Notes: generated from the letters alone by a model not told the origin. DNA of 64,000 nt from Longimicrobiales bacterium (GCA_035764935.1 DASTYK010000153.1:9997-73996); one strand, 5' to 3'. Shown: positions 1-9,391, counted from the stretch's first letter. A program made the numbers and translations.

Positions 1-2753
1 AGAAGATCGCCGCGACCGCGGCCGCGACCGTTCTCCTCGTACTGCTGCTCCTCCTGGCGCTGCCGCTGCTGTTCGGCGGCCGGATCGAAGGGCACGTGCG
101 CACCATGATCGCGCGCAACCTGAATGCGGACGTGAGCTGGCAGGACGCCAGCGTCAGCCTGCTGCGTGGTTTCCCGCATGCGACGCTGCGCCTCGAGCGG
201 CCGGAGATCGTCGGCCATGAGCCCTTTGCCGGCGACACGCTGCTTGCCGCCGACGGCATCGGTGTCGTGCTGGATCTCGGCAGCGTGCTGCGCGTGGTGC
301 GAGGGACGGGTGCTCTCGAGATCCGCTCGATCACCGTCGATCGGCCGCGCGCCCGTCTGCTCGTGCTGGAGGACGGGACGGCCAGCTGGGACATTCTGCG
401 TGCGCAGGAAGGCACACAGGAGACGGAGGAGCGGGCACTGGCGCTGCAGCTTCGCTCGCTGGAGCTGCGCGACGGGGCCGTCGTGTTCGAGAACCGGCAG
501 TCGGGCCTGCATGCGCGGCTCAATGGCATCCGGCACGACCTGGGCGGCGATTTCACGAGCGAGCGGTTCACGATCGACGCGAGCCTTCACGCGGACAGCG
601 CGAGCATCGAGTTCGCCGGCATGCCCTACGTGAGCAACGTCGAGCTGGAGCTGAAAACGAAGCTGGACGCCGACCGCTCCGCGCAGCGCATTACCCTTTC
701 GGATGCAGGCCTGCGCCTCAACCGCCTGGTCCTCGCCTTCGGCGGATCCGTCGCTGCAGCGGGTGACGACGTCGCGCTGGACCTGGCGTTTCAGACGCCC
801 GGCACGTCATTCGGCGACATCCTGTCGCTGGTGCCGGCGGTGTACGCGAACGACTTCGCGGCGCTGCAGGCATCCGGGCGGATGCGCGTCGACGGATTCG
901 TGCGCGGGGCGTATGGACCGGCATCATTCCCGTCGTTCGCACTGAATGCGACGGTAGACGAGGGTCGGTTCCGCTACCCCGACCTGCCGCTGCCGGCGCG
1001 CGAGATCGGTGCTTCACTCGTGATCACCAATCCCGGCGGCCACGCGGACAGCACCGTGATCGCGCTGGAGCGCTTTCACATGGTGATCGGCAGCGATCCG
1101 GTGGATGCGTCCTTCACACTGCGCACGCCCGTGTCCGATCCCCAGCTCGATCTGCGCGCCGCGGGCACACTCAGGCTCGACGACCTGGCCGGCACCGTGA
1201 AGATGCCGGACGTCGAGCAGCTCGCCGGCGTGGTAACGGCTGACGTCGCGGTGCGGGCACGCTACTCCGCGCTGGACACCGGCAATTTCGAGCAGGTGGA
1301 TGCGAGTGGAACGGTGGCGGCGTCGGGTGTTGCAGTGCGCACGGCGACGCTGCCGCACCCCATCCAGGTGCAGGAAGCGCGGCTGCAGCTCTCGCCGCAG
1401 CACGCGGAGCTGACGTCGTTCCGCGGCACACTGGGCAGCAGCGAGGTCCGCGCGGACGGACGGCTGGACAACCTGCTCGGCTTCGTGCTGCGTGACCAGG
1501 AGCTGCGGGGGCGCGCCAGCGTACGCAGTCCGCGCTTCGACCTCAACGAATGGCGCTCGGAGCAGGAGGACCGCGAAGTCATTCCGGTTCCGGCTGGTAT
1601 CGACTTCACGCTGGATGCCGCTGCGGAGGAGCTGGTGTTCGGCCCTGTCGAGTACACGGATGCACGGGGCGCAGTGCACATCCGCGATCAGCGGATCACG
1701 CTGGACGGGTTTCGCATGAACATGCTCGGCGGCTCGGCCGTTGCCAGCGGCTGGTACGAGACGGTGCGGCCGGACTCGCCCTCGTTCGACGTGCAGCTCC
1801 GGGTCGAGGAGATCGATATCCCCTCGGCATTCGCATCGCTCAACACGGTGAAGGTGCTCGCTCCGATCGCGGAGTACGCGCAGGGGCGCGTGTCCGCGGA
1901 CGTGCGGCTGAACGGCGCCATGGGCACGGACATGATGCCATTGTACGAGGCGCTCACGGGTCTGGGCTCGTTCGAGACGTCGCAGCTCGTGATCAGCGGG
2001 TTTCCCGCGTTCGCGCTGCTGAGCGACAGGCTGAACGTGAGCGCCCTCGAGCAGCCCGCGCTGAACGCGATCGCGTCGTCCTTCGAGATCCGCGGCGGGC
2101 GACTGCACGTCCAGCCGTTCGACGTCGGCATCGCCGGCGCGAAGCTGCACGTGGCCGGCTCCAACGGCATCGACCGCTCACTGGACTACGACCTGCAGCT
2201 CGAGCTGCCGCGGAACCTGCTGGGCAGCGATGCGTCGCCGATTCTGGCCAGCCTCGGCGCCGACGCATCACGGCTGGGCATCGACCTGTCGAGTGCCCAG
2301 CGCATCGCACTTGGGATCGACCTGGGCGGGACCGTCAACGATCCGACGATCGACACACGGCTTGCAAACGTCGCCGAGAGCGTCACTGGCGGGGTCGAGC
2401 AGGCGCTGCGCGACGTCGCAACGGAACGCCGCGAGGCCGCAGCCGAGCGGATCGACTCCGCGGCCGCTGCGCGTGCGGCCCAACTGGTCGCGGAGGCGGA
2501 GCAGCGTGCGGAGCAGGTCCGCGAGGAGGGACGCAGGCTCGCCGAACAGGTGCGGAGCGAGGGACATGCGCGGGCGGACTCACTGGAGGCGCGCGCGTCG
2601 AACCCCGCGACGCGCATTGCCGCCCGCACCGCCGCGGCGAAGCTGCGGCAGGAGGCGGACGAATCGGCGGACCGGATCATGGCGGAGGCCGATGCGCGCG
2701 CCGAGTCGATCGTCGCCGAGGCGCGGCGCAACGCGGAGGCCGTGCAGGGGTGA
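1..2753 (+). CDS. AsmA-family outer-membrane biogenesis protein (5' end outside window)
   Basis: Frame 3 is open from the window edge. Residues upstream of the track Met (KIAATAAATVLLVLLLLLALPLLFGG) look like the N-terminal membrane anchor, so ORF 96..2753 is a truncated view. The body is long and beta-rich, with an Ala/Arg/Glu-rich helical tail. The AsmA/AsmA-like resemblance is from recall, not a search. Confidence 0.75.
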   Translation, partial: KIAATAAATVLLVLLLLLALPLLFGGRIEGHVRTMIARNLNADVSWQDASVSLLRGFPHATLRLERPEIVGHEPFAGDTLLAADGIGVVLDLGSVLRVVRGTGALEIRSITVDRPRARLLVLEDGTASWDILRAQEGTQETEERALALQLRSLELRDGAVVFENRQSGLHARLNGIRHDLGGDFTSERFTIDASLHADSASIEFAGMPYVSNVELELKTKLDADRSAQRITLSDAGLRLNRLVLAFGGSVAAAGDDVALDLAFQTPGTSFGDILSLVPAVYANDFAALQASGRMRVDGFVRGAYGPASFPSFALNATVDEGRFRYPDLPLPAREIGASLVITNPGGHADSTVIALERFHMVIGSDPVDASFTLRTPVSDPQLDLRAAGTLRLDDLAGTVKMPDVEQLAGVVTADVAVRARYSALDTGNFEQVDASGTVAASGVAVRTATLPHPIQVQEARLQLSPQHAELTSFRGTLGSSEVRADGRLDNLLGFVLRDQELRGRASVRSPRFDLNEWRSEQEDREVIPVPAGIDFTLDAAAEELVFGPVEYTDARGAVHIRDQRITLDGFRMNMLGGSAVASGWYETVRPDSPSFDVQLRVEEIDIPSAFASLNTVKVLAPIAEYAQGRVSADVRLNGAMGTDMMPLYEALTGLGSFETSQLVISGFPAFALLSDRLNVSALEQPALNAIASSFEIRGGRLHVQPFDVGIAGAKLHVAGSNGIDRSLDYDLQLELPRNLLGSDASPILASLGADASRLGIDLSSAQRIALGIDLGGTVNDPTIDTRLANVAESVTGGVEQALRDVATERREAAAERIDSAAAARAAQLVAEAEQRAEQVREEGRRLAEQVRSEGHARADSLEARASNPATRIAARTAAAKLRQEADESADRIMAEADARAESIVAEARRNAEAVQG

Positions 2754-4087
2754 GCCGCCCGCGGCAGGGTCGCCCTGCGACGCCGTGCGCCGCGGCTGCC
2801 AGGCCTGCGTGTGCGCTTCTCGTCGCGCTTTCGGCCGGCTGCGCGACGTCCGCAGCGGCGCCCGGCATCGCAGCGGATGCGTGCACCGCCGCCGCGACGT
2901 CCGCGGCGCCCGCCATCCGCATCGCCGTGGGCGACCGCATCGACCCGCGCAACGCACCGGTTCCGACGAACAGCGACGAGCGACTGCTGTTCGCCCAGAT
3001 CTATGAAGCACTCCTCCGCGTCGACTGCAACGGTGCACCGGTACCGGCGCTCGCAGAGTCGTGGTCCGCTTCGCCCGATCGGCTGACGTGGAGCTTCCGG
3101 CTGCGCCAGGGGATCCGTTTCTCGGATGGCACGCCGCTCGACGCGGCCGCAGCCGCGACATCCTTGTCGACTTCGAACCTGCCGGCGCTCGCCGCGGTTG
3201 CCGCAGCCGGTGAGCAGGAGCTGCACGTGCGGCTGAACGAGCCGCAGAACGCCTTCTTCTTCGCGCAGCCCGCGCTCTCCGTCACACGGGTCACCGGAGC
3301 GGGCGCCTGGCCGGTCGGCACCGGCGCGTACCGGCCGGAGCCGGACACGCGCGGCCTGCGGCTCGTGCGGACGCAACCGGATCCCGCCGCACCGGATACA
3401 CTCCGCGCCGTACGCGTCCCGGGCGATGATCCGCGCGGCGCACTCGACTCGGGCGTCGACCTGCTCATGACAGCGCATGCGGCGACGATCGCGTATGCGC
3501 GGCTTCTCGCTGAGTATGCAGTCCGACCCCTGCCGTGGAACCGCACCTATGCCCTGGTGTCGCCGGCGGGAGAGGGCTCCATCCTTCCGGAGGAATCCGA
3601 GCGGGAGTCGCTGGCGCGGGATGCGGCGGCAACCGGAACGCGCGCGGCGGGCATGACCTCACCGGCATGGTGCACCACTGGCGCCGGGAGTGTGTCGTCT
3701 CGACCGGCGGCTGCGACCGTCGCGTACCCGCGCGGCGACGACATCGCGAGGGGCATGGCGGAACGCATTGCGGCACTGTCGTGGCCGGTGGACCGCACGC
3801 CGACGTGGCTGCGCATGCTGTTGCCGCCCACCGTCAGCGCACCGTTGACCGCGCGAGCCGTCGATGCCGATGCGCTGCTGGAAGAGATGCGTGCCGGAGC
3901 GGGCGGGCTGTTCGTCGTCGCCATGCGGCACTGCAGTGGAGCGGACCCCGCATACTCCGCTGTTGCCGCCGCGGGACTGCGCACGACGCCTCTCGTGGAC
4001 GCGCGCGATCACCTGGTCCACCGCGCCGGCATCGGCAGCATCACCACCGACGCAGCAGGCACACCCCGGTTCGGCCCAGTGCGATGA
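2750..4087 (+). CDS. Solute-binding protein family 5-like lipoprotein (short form)
   Basis: GTG 2750 overlaps the asmA stop (GTGA). Lipobox LLVALSAGC. The region ERLLFAQIYEALLRVDCNGAPVPALAESWSASPDRLTWSFRLRQGIRFSDGTPL matches the conserved N-terminal core of peptide/nickel-type SBP_bac_5 proteins. The first ~400 aa of track ORF 1550..4087 overlap asmA out of frame and are discarded. Confidence 0.65.
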   Translation: MSRPRQGRPATPCAAAARPACALLVALSAGCATSAAAPGIAADACTAAATSAAPAIRIAVGDRIDPRNAPVPTNSDERLLFAQIYEALLRVDCNGAPVPALAESWSASPDRLTWSFRLRQGIRFSDGTPLDAAAAATSLSTSNLPALAAVAAAGEQELHVRLNEPQNAFFFAQPALSVTRVTGAGAWPVGTGAYRPEPDTRGLRLVRTQPDPAAPDTLRAVRVPGDDPRGALDSGVDLLMTAHAATIAYARLLAEYAVRPLPWNRTYALVSPAGEGSILPEESERESLARDAAATGTRAAGMTSPAWCTTGAGSVSSRPAAATVAYPRGDDIARGMAERIAALSWPVDRTPTWLRMLLPPTVSAPLTARAVDADALLEEMRAGAGGLFVVAMRHCSGADPAYSAVAAAGLRTTPLVDARDHLVHRAGIGSITTDAAGTPRFGPVR

Positions 4088-5763
4088 GTGTCCGCACGCG
4101 AATTCTGCTCGCAAGCGTGGCGGCAGCGGCTGTCCCGCTGCTCGTCTTCGCGATCGGCGCCCGGCGCGAGGTCGCGGAGCGGCTCGGTGCGCAATACCAG
4201 GCGCGCGTGGACGGCGCCGTCGAAGTCATCCGCGCTGACCTTGCAGGGATTGCCGTCGACCTCGACGCGCGGCTCGCGGCGCTCGGCTCAGCGATCGTCG
4301 ACGATGCGGCCGTACGCGCGGCGCTGATGCAGGAGGGCCGCGCCGGCGGATTGCGCGATTATGCGACGCGCGTGATGCCTGCGGCAGGCCTGGACTACCT
4401 GCTGCTGCTCGATGCCGAGGCCACGGTTCTGAGCTCGGGCCATTTCCGCAATGACTACGGACGCCGTGCCTCGGCCCTGCGTGACGCAGGATCGAGCGGC
4501 CCCATCCTGGTGCAGGCGCGACGCGCCTCGGGACGCTTTCTGGCGCTGGCGCGCGTGCACCGCTTCACCATCGCAGGGCGCACGTTCCTGCTGGCCGGTG
4601 GCATCGAGGTCGACAGCGCTTTCGTGCGGAGACTCGCACGGGACGAGTCCGGTACACTGGTCGTAACCCTGTCGCACCCCGGAGGCGAGCTCGCATCCGC
4701 TGCGGTGTCAGCAGGTGGCGGTGATTTCCTGGAAGACGTTTCGACGCCGTTCGTGGACGACATCGGCACCGCGGGGGATTCGCCGGGCGCGCGCGAACCG
4801 GTTGCGACGTGGACGATCCGGCACTCGACCGCGCCCCTGGCGGTGATCCGGCGCGGCATGGATGCCTGGCTGCTTGCTGCAATCGTTGCCGCCGTCCTGC
4901 TTGCGATCCTGATTGCGCGTGTGCTCGCGGCGCGCGTGAATCGACCACTGGAGGAGCTGGCGGCGCGCGCGCGTCGCATCGATCTCGAGCGACTCGACAC
5001 CAGCTTCGCGACGCGGCGCTTCGACGAGGTCGGCTCGCTGGCTCGCGTGCTGGATGCAATGGTGCAGCGGCTGCGCGCGAGCGCGGCAGAGCTGCGCAGC
5101 GCCGAGCGCCGGGCCACCGTCGGCGACATCGCGCGCCAGGTGAACCACGATATCCGGAACGGCCTGCTCCCGATCCGCAACGTGATCCACCACCTCGACG
5201 AGGTGGCGCACGAGTCGCCTGCCGACCTGTCCCGGGTGTTTGCGGAGCGGGCACCGACGCTCCGCTCCGGCGTCGGCTACCTCGAGAAGCTCGCCACCAG
5301 CTATGCGCGGCTCACACCGGCGGCTTCGCGTGTTCCGGTCGACGTCAACGACGTCATCCGCAGTGCCGTCGACTCCACGCGGGCGGTCACGCTGCGGCTC
5401 GCCGCCGCACCGCTCGTCGTGTCGGCGGATCCCGTGTCGCTGCGACGCGTGGTCGAGAACCTGGTCGTGAACGCACTCGACAGCATCGGCAACGGCAGCG
5501 GCACCGTCACGGTCACGACGGCTGCCGAAGTCACTGCCGACGGCTCACGCGTCGTGATCAGCGTGGCCGACACGGGCAGCGGCATTGCGCCCGACGATCT
5601 CGACCGCATCTTCGACGACTTCCACACGACCAGGCCGCACGGCACGGGGCTCGGACTCTCGATCGTGCGGCGGCTCGTCAATGACATGGGCGGGCGGATC
5701 CGCGTCGCGAGTGAGCCGGGTCGCGGCGCGACCTTCCGCATCGAGCTGCCGGAGGCGGGGTGA
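4084..5763 (+). CDS. Membrane sensor histidine kinase (HAMP-like linker, HisKA, HATPase_c)
   Basis: ATG 4084 overlaps the upstream stop (ATGA). Two TM segments (ILLASVAAAAVPLLVFAI; WLLAAIVAAVLLAILIARVL), H-box VNHDIRNGL, and ATPase motifs NLVVNALDS, DTGSGI, GTGLGLSI. Confidence 0.85.
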   Translation: MSVRTRILLASVAAAAVPLLVFAIGARREVAERLGAQYQARVDGAVEVIRADLAGIAVDLDARLAALGSAIVDDAAVRAALMQEGRAGGLRDYATRVMPAAGLDYLLLLDAEATVLSSGHFRNDYGRRASALRDAGSSGPILVQARRASGRFLALARVHRFTIAGRTFLLAGGIEVDSAFVRRLARDESGTLVVTLSHPGGELASAAVSAGGGDFLEDVSTPFVDDIGTAGDSPGAREPVATWTIRHSTAPLAVIRRGMDAWLLAAIVAAVLLAILIARVLAARVNRPLEELAARARRIDLERLDTSFATRRFDEVGSLARVLDAMVQRLRASAAELRSAERRATVGDIARQVNHDIRNGLLPIRNVIHHLDEVAHESPADLSRVFAERAPTLRSGVGYLEKLATSYARLTPAASRVPVDVNDVIRSAVDSTRAVTLRLAAAPLVVSADPVSLRRVVENLVVNALDSIGNGSGTVTVTTAAEVTADGSRVVISVADTGSGIAPDDLDRIFDDFHTTRPHGTGLGLSIVRRLVNDMGGRIRVASEPGRGATFRIELPEAG

Positions 5764-7106
5764 GCGAACGCATCCTGATCGTAGACGACGTCGCCGCGAT
5801 GGCCGAGCAGTACGCATACGACCTGCGCCGCCTCGGGGGCTACCGCACCCGTACCGTCGCCAGCGGCCGGGATGCGATCGCTGCGCTGGTCGAGGAGGAC
5901 GTCGACTGCATGATCCTGGACCTCGAGATGCCGGGCATGGACGGGTTCGAGGTGCTGCGCACCATGCGCGAGCGCGGCCTGGACGTGCCCGTCATCGTCT
6001 ATACCGGGACCGGCGACTTCGACCGCTGTGTGCAGGCGGTGCGGCTGGGCGCCTGGGGCTTCATCGACAAGGCCGAGCCGATGCAGCGTGTCGTGCAGGA
6101 GGTGCGCAACGCCCTCGAGCGCGGCCGGCTCGAAGGCGAGGTCAAGCGGTTGCGGGCGCGCGTGGAGGGGGAGAGTTCGCTGATCGGAGACGGCAGCGCC
6201 ATGCGACGTCTGCACGACGAGATCCGTCGCCTCGCACCGATCCCCAGTCCCGTCCTCATCCTCGGCGAAAGCGGATCCGGCAAGGAGCTCGTCGCCCGCG
6301 ACCTGCATCGCCTCGGCACCGAGCCGAAGGCGCCGTTCGTCGCATTGAACTGCGCGGCCCTGCCCGAGTCCCTCGTGGAAAGCGAGCTGTTCGGCCATGA
6401 GAAGGGCGCCTTCACCGGCGCGGACCGCGCGCGCCGCGGTGCGTTCGAGCTCGCCGGGCGGGGTACGCTCTTCCTGGACGAGATCGGAGAGCTGCCGCCC
6501 GCCGCACAGGCAAAGCTGCTGCGCGCGCTCGAGGCCCGCGAGATCACCCGGCTCGGCGCCGAACGAACCACGCCGGTCGAAGCGCGCGTCGTCGCCGCCA
6601 CGCATCGTGACCTCGAGGCCGACGTCGCCGCAAAGCGATTCCGCCAGGACCTCTACTACCGCCTCAACGTGCACGTGCTGCGCGTACCCGCGCTGCGCGA
6701 GCGCTCGAGCGACGTCCCCCTCCTCGTCGATCATTTCCTGCGTTCCATCTGTGAGCGCTTCGGCATGCGCACGAAGCGGATCGACGACGAGGCACTCGCT
6801 CTCCTCCAGCGCTACGACTGGCGTCGCAACAACGTTCGCGAGCTGCGCAACATCGTCGAGCGGCTCGTCATCGCCGCGGACGACGACCTCATCCTCGCCG
6901 AGCACGTGCCGCCCGAGATCGTTGCCCCGGAAGGAAGCGAGTCGCCCACGTTGCAGGCGCGCCGCGCGGAGGCAGAGCGGCAGATCATCGTCGATGCACT
7001 CGACCGCAACGGGTGGCACATCACGAATACCGCCCGCGAGCTGGGACTGGCGGATCATGCAAGTTTGCTGAAGGTCATGCGGCGACTTCGCATCGAGCGG
7101 TCGTGA
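5760..7106 (+). CDS. Sigma-54-dependent Fis-family response regulator (NtrC-type enhancer-binding protein)
   Basis: Receiver domain (ILIVDD ... LDLEMPGMDG). AAA+ domain with Walker A GESGSGKE, GAFTGA loop (EKGAFTGA) and Walker B LFLDEIGE. C-terminal Fis-type HTH (ITNTARELGLADHASLLKVMRRL). GTG 5760 overlaps the kinase stop, with GGAGG 6 nt upstream. Confidence 0.95.
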   Translation: MSERILIVDDVAAMAEQYAYDLRRLGGYRTRTVASGRDAIAALVEEDVDCMILDLEMPGMDGFEVLRTMRERGLDVPVIVYTGTGDFDRCVQAVRLGAWGFIDKAEPMQRVVQEVRNALERGRLEGEVKRLRARVEGESSLIGDGSAMRRLHDEIRRLAPIPSPVLILGESGSGKELVARDLHRLGTEPKAPFVALNCAALPESLVESELFGHEKGAFTGADRARRGAFELAGRGTLFLDEIGELPPAAQAKLLRALEAREITRLGAERTTPVEARVVAATHRDLEADVAAKRFRQDLYYRLNVHVLRVPALRERSSDVPLLVDHFLRSICERFGMRTKRIDDEALALLQRYDWRRNNVRELRNIVERLVIAADDDLILAEHVPPEIVAPEGSESPTLQARRAEAERQIIVDALDRNGWHITNTARELGLADHASLLKVMRRLRIERS

Positions 7107-7117
7107 ATCCCTGATAT

Positions 7118-7274
7118 TTTCAACCACAGAGAACACGGAGCCCACGGAGTATTCCCCGAGTGCAGCCCGCGCACATCGGCCGCATGGCTTCGAGTACACG
7201 CAGACATGCCGTGGTAGAGCGTTATCAGCCGTCTCAGTTTGTTCTCTGTAGCTCTGTGTCCTCCGTGGTTAACC
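7118..7274. repeat. Intergenic inverted-repeat element, copy A (periodic CAC-N-GAG units)
   Basis: Left arm 7122-7149 is AACCACAGAGAACACGGAGCCCACGGAG. Right arm 7244-7272 is CTCTGTAGCTCTGTGTCCTCCGTGGTTAA, an imperfect reverse complement of the left arm. T-rich flank TTTTC. Related copies at 23071, 27617, 35277 and 35391. Confidence 0.7.
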
Positions 7275-7509
7275 GATGTCATACGTGTCCATGCGGACAC
7301 ATCAGTCGCTGAGCCACGTGTCCGGGAGTACACGAAATCGACCTGGCCGGACCTCCGATCTCCGCCTCCGGATCTTCATAATCATCACGGACACAACGAC
7401 ATACAGCTGACCGGGCAGCTCCTTCCCGGAACGGTCGCACGCTTGCCTTTCCCTGGCGCCGCTGGACAACGCGAACCGCGCCGAGGGCGCACGAACAGGG
7501 GAGGAAGAC

Positions 7510-8475
7510 ATGCGGATCACGCACTTCAACGGGATGAACGGAATCGCCGCAGCACTGACGCTCGCGGGGACGGTGCTGGCCTGCGACGGCGGTGAGTCGG
7601 TGCCACGTGAGCGGCGGGTGGCAGCGGCCGCGCCCGTCTCGCAGCCGGTCACCGCCACGCCGGTGATGGATGTCGACACCATCGAGAGCGCGACACCCAC
7701 CGTAACGGTGCCGGAGAACGTCACGTACTCGGACGCGGAGGCGGTGTACCACGCGGGGCGCTACGTCGACGCGACGGAGATGTTCGGTGTGTACACGACG
7801 ACGCATCCCGGGAACGGCTGGGGTCACTACATGCTCGGGCTGTCTGCCTGGAAAGCGGGTGACGCCGAACGTGCGATCGCAGCGCTGGAGAGGACCGTGG
7901 AGCTGGACAGCGCGAACGTGAAGGCCCGCACCAATCTCGGCCGCGTGCTGATCGAGCAGGGCAGGGCAGAGGAGGCGCTCGCCCAGATCGAGGCCGCGCG
8001 CACGCTCGAGCCGCAGTCCGCACCGGTACTGCGCGTGATGGGCAACGCTCTCGGCGAGCTGGGCCGCGCAGAAGAGGCACTCGTCGCGTACCGCGAGGCA
8101 CTTGCCATCGATCCGGAGGATGCCTGGTCGATGAACAACTACGCGCTGCAGCTGATCCGGCTCGGCCGCTTCGAGGATGCACTGCCACCGCTCGCCCGTG
8201 CAGTGGAGCTGAAGCCCGGCTCGGCGCTGTTCCAGAACAACCTCGGCGTCGCACTCGAGCGCTCGGGCGACCTGGTGTCTGCAGCCGCGGCCTACGAGGC
8301 GGCCCTCGCCGCCAACGACGCCCACGAGCGCGCTCGCGTCAGCCTCGCCCGCGTACAGCAGCGCATCAGCGGCGAGGATACGGCGTCGACGGATCTCGGC
8401 GCCCTGGCGATCGCGTTCATCAGTGAGGTCGAGTCCTGGCGGATGCCTGCCATGGAGGCGGTCGGCGTCCGGTGA
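7510..8475 (+). CDS. TPR-repeat lipoprotein
   Basis: GGAGG upstream of ATG 7510. Lipobox LAGTVLAC. Several TPR-like units (e.g. AWSMNNYALQLIRLGRFEDALPPLARAVELKPGSALFQNNLGVALERSGDLVSAAAAYEAAL). Confidence 0.8.
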   Translation: MRITHFNGMNGIAAALTLAGTVLACDGGESVPRERRVAAAAPVSQPVTATPVMDVDTIESATPTVTVPENVTYSDAEAVYHAGRYVDATEMFGVYTTTHPGNGWGHYMLGLSAWKAGDAERAIAALERTVELDSANVKARTNLGRVLIEQGRAEEALAQIEAARTLEPQSAPVLRVMGNALGELGRAEEALVAYREALAIDPEDAWSMNNYALQLIRLGRFEDALPPLARAVELKPGSALFQNNLGVALERSGDLVSAAAAYEAALAANDAHERARVSLARVQQRISGEDTASTDLGALAIAFISEVESWRMPAMEAVGVR

Positions 8476-8521
8476 GCTCCGGATACCGTGCGATGACGCA
8501 CAGGGGGAACCGGGGAACGTG

Positions 8522-8555
8522 CACGGCCCCGCACCGATGCTGGTGCGGGGCCGTG
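8522..8555. terminator. Hairpin between convergent genes (putative bidirectional terminator, no U-tract)
   Basis: Perfect 14-bp stem CACGGCCCCGCACC / GGTGCGGGGCCGTG with a 6-nt loop, between the TPR gene (+) and the TetR gene (-). Confidence 0.5.
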
Positions 8556-8599
8556 CTGCGTAATAGCGGCTGCGAATGGAAGGCGCGTTCGCGCGCGGA

Positions 8600-9289
8600 T
8601 CAGGTTGCGGAGATTTCCGCTTCAGGTGCCGCGGATGCGGGAGGCGGCGCCACGACGAGCGAGCCAACACCGAAGAGCAGCTCGAGATAGTTCCGGAACT
8701 GCCGCAGCTGACCGGGCAGCAGGGCAGCTTCCCGCAGCCCGCGCGCCAGCACGAAGCCGCCCTCGATCGCGGCGACCAGGCCGTCCGCCAGCTCGTCGGC
8801 TGTCACATCCAGGCGCGGTGGCTGCTGCGCCATCGCAGCCCGCAGCCGGGCAGCGACCAGCTCCCGCCAGACGAGCAGCTCGCGCCGGATCAGCGTGTGT
8901 ACCTGCTCGTCGAACAGCGCTGCCTGGTAGCCGAAGGATGCGAAGAGACAGCCCGTTCGCTCGAGCGGCAGGTTCGACAGCGCCTCCTCCGCCAGCCCCA
9001 CCATCAGCAGCACCTGCTGAACGGGGTCCCTGCTCAGCCGCTCCGCTCGCGCGATGGTCTGCTCCAGCATGCGACGGTCGCTCGTCGCATAGCGCTCGAC
9101 CAGCGCGAGGGCGAGGTCATGCTTGGTGGGGAAGTGGTGGAACAGTGCGCCCTTGGTCAGGCCCGCCGCCTCCACCACGGCCTCAACGGACGTCGCGCCG
9201 TACCCGCGCTCCAGGTACAGCTGCTCCGCGGCGTCCAGCAGCCGCTCGCGCGTGTCCGCCCCGTTCTTCTGCATGCCGGACTTTAACAT
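8600..9289 (-). CDS. TetR/AcrR-family transcriptional regulator
   Basis: N-terminal HTH signature RERLLDAAEQLYLERGYGATSVEAVVEAAGLTKGALFHHFPTKHDL. Start placed at ATG 9289 (MLKSGMQKNG). ATG 9274 is equally possible. The track start 9385 adds 32 non-conserved residues. Confidence 0.85.
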   Translation of the reverse strand: MLKSGMQKNGADTRERLLDAAEQLYLERGYGATSVEAVVEAAGLTKGALFHHFPTKHDLALALVERYATSDRRMLEQTIARAERLSRDPVQQVLLMVGLAEEALSNLPLERTGCLFASFGYQAALFDEQVHTLIRRELLVWRELVAARLRAAMAQQPPRLDVTADELADGLVAAIEGGFVLARGLREAALLPGQLRQFRNYLELLFGVGSLVVAPPPASAAPEAEISAT

Positions 9290-9302
9290 ACCGCGTGGTA
9301 TT
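9287..9302. promoter_or_regulatory. Candidate TetR operator 1 (CATAC-N6-GTATT)
   Basis: CATACCGCGTGGTATT overlaps the proposed tetR start codon. It shares ACATACCGC-N3-GTAT with a second site at 9376. Confidence 0.4.
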
Positions 9303-9375
9303 TCGCAAGAAAGCGTCGTCCCGGAATATGAATCGCTCGTCCCATGGTGCTTGAGCAAGTCGATCTGTGCCCCTA

Positions 9376-9391
9376 CATACCGCACAGTATG
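9376..9391. promoter_or_regulatory. Candidate TetR operator 2 (CATAC-N6-GTATG palindrome)
   Basis: CATACCGCACAGTATG lies in the divergent intergenic region, 86 nt upstream of ATG 9477. Confidence 0.4.

Noticed and set aside
1550-4087. 845-aa ORF suggesting a much longer SBP-like protein
   Set aside because: The first ~400 residues overlap asmA in another frame and are Arg/Gly/Ala-rich junk. The lipoprotein signal and family-5 SBP similarity begin right after GTG 2750, which overlaps the asmA stop.
5301-7199. 632-aa minus-strand ORF
   Set aside because: It is antisense to the kinase 3' end and the whole NtrC-type activator, which has Walker A, GAFTGA and HTH motifs. No motif of its own. High-GC artefact.
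7433-7446. Possible sigma-54 promoter (GGTCGCACGCTTGC) downstream of the NtrC-type activator and upstream of the TPR gene
   Set aside because: GG-N10-GC spacing and TTGC are present. However, the -24 element (CGGTCG) matches the TGGCAC consensus only at GG. It is too weak to call without a genome-wide score.
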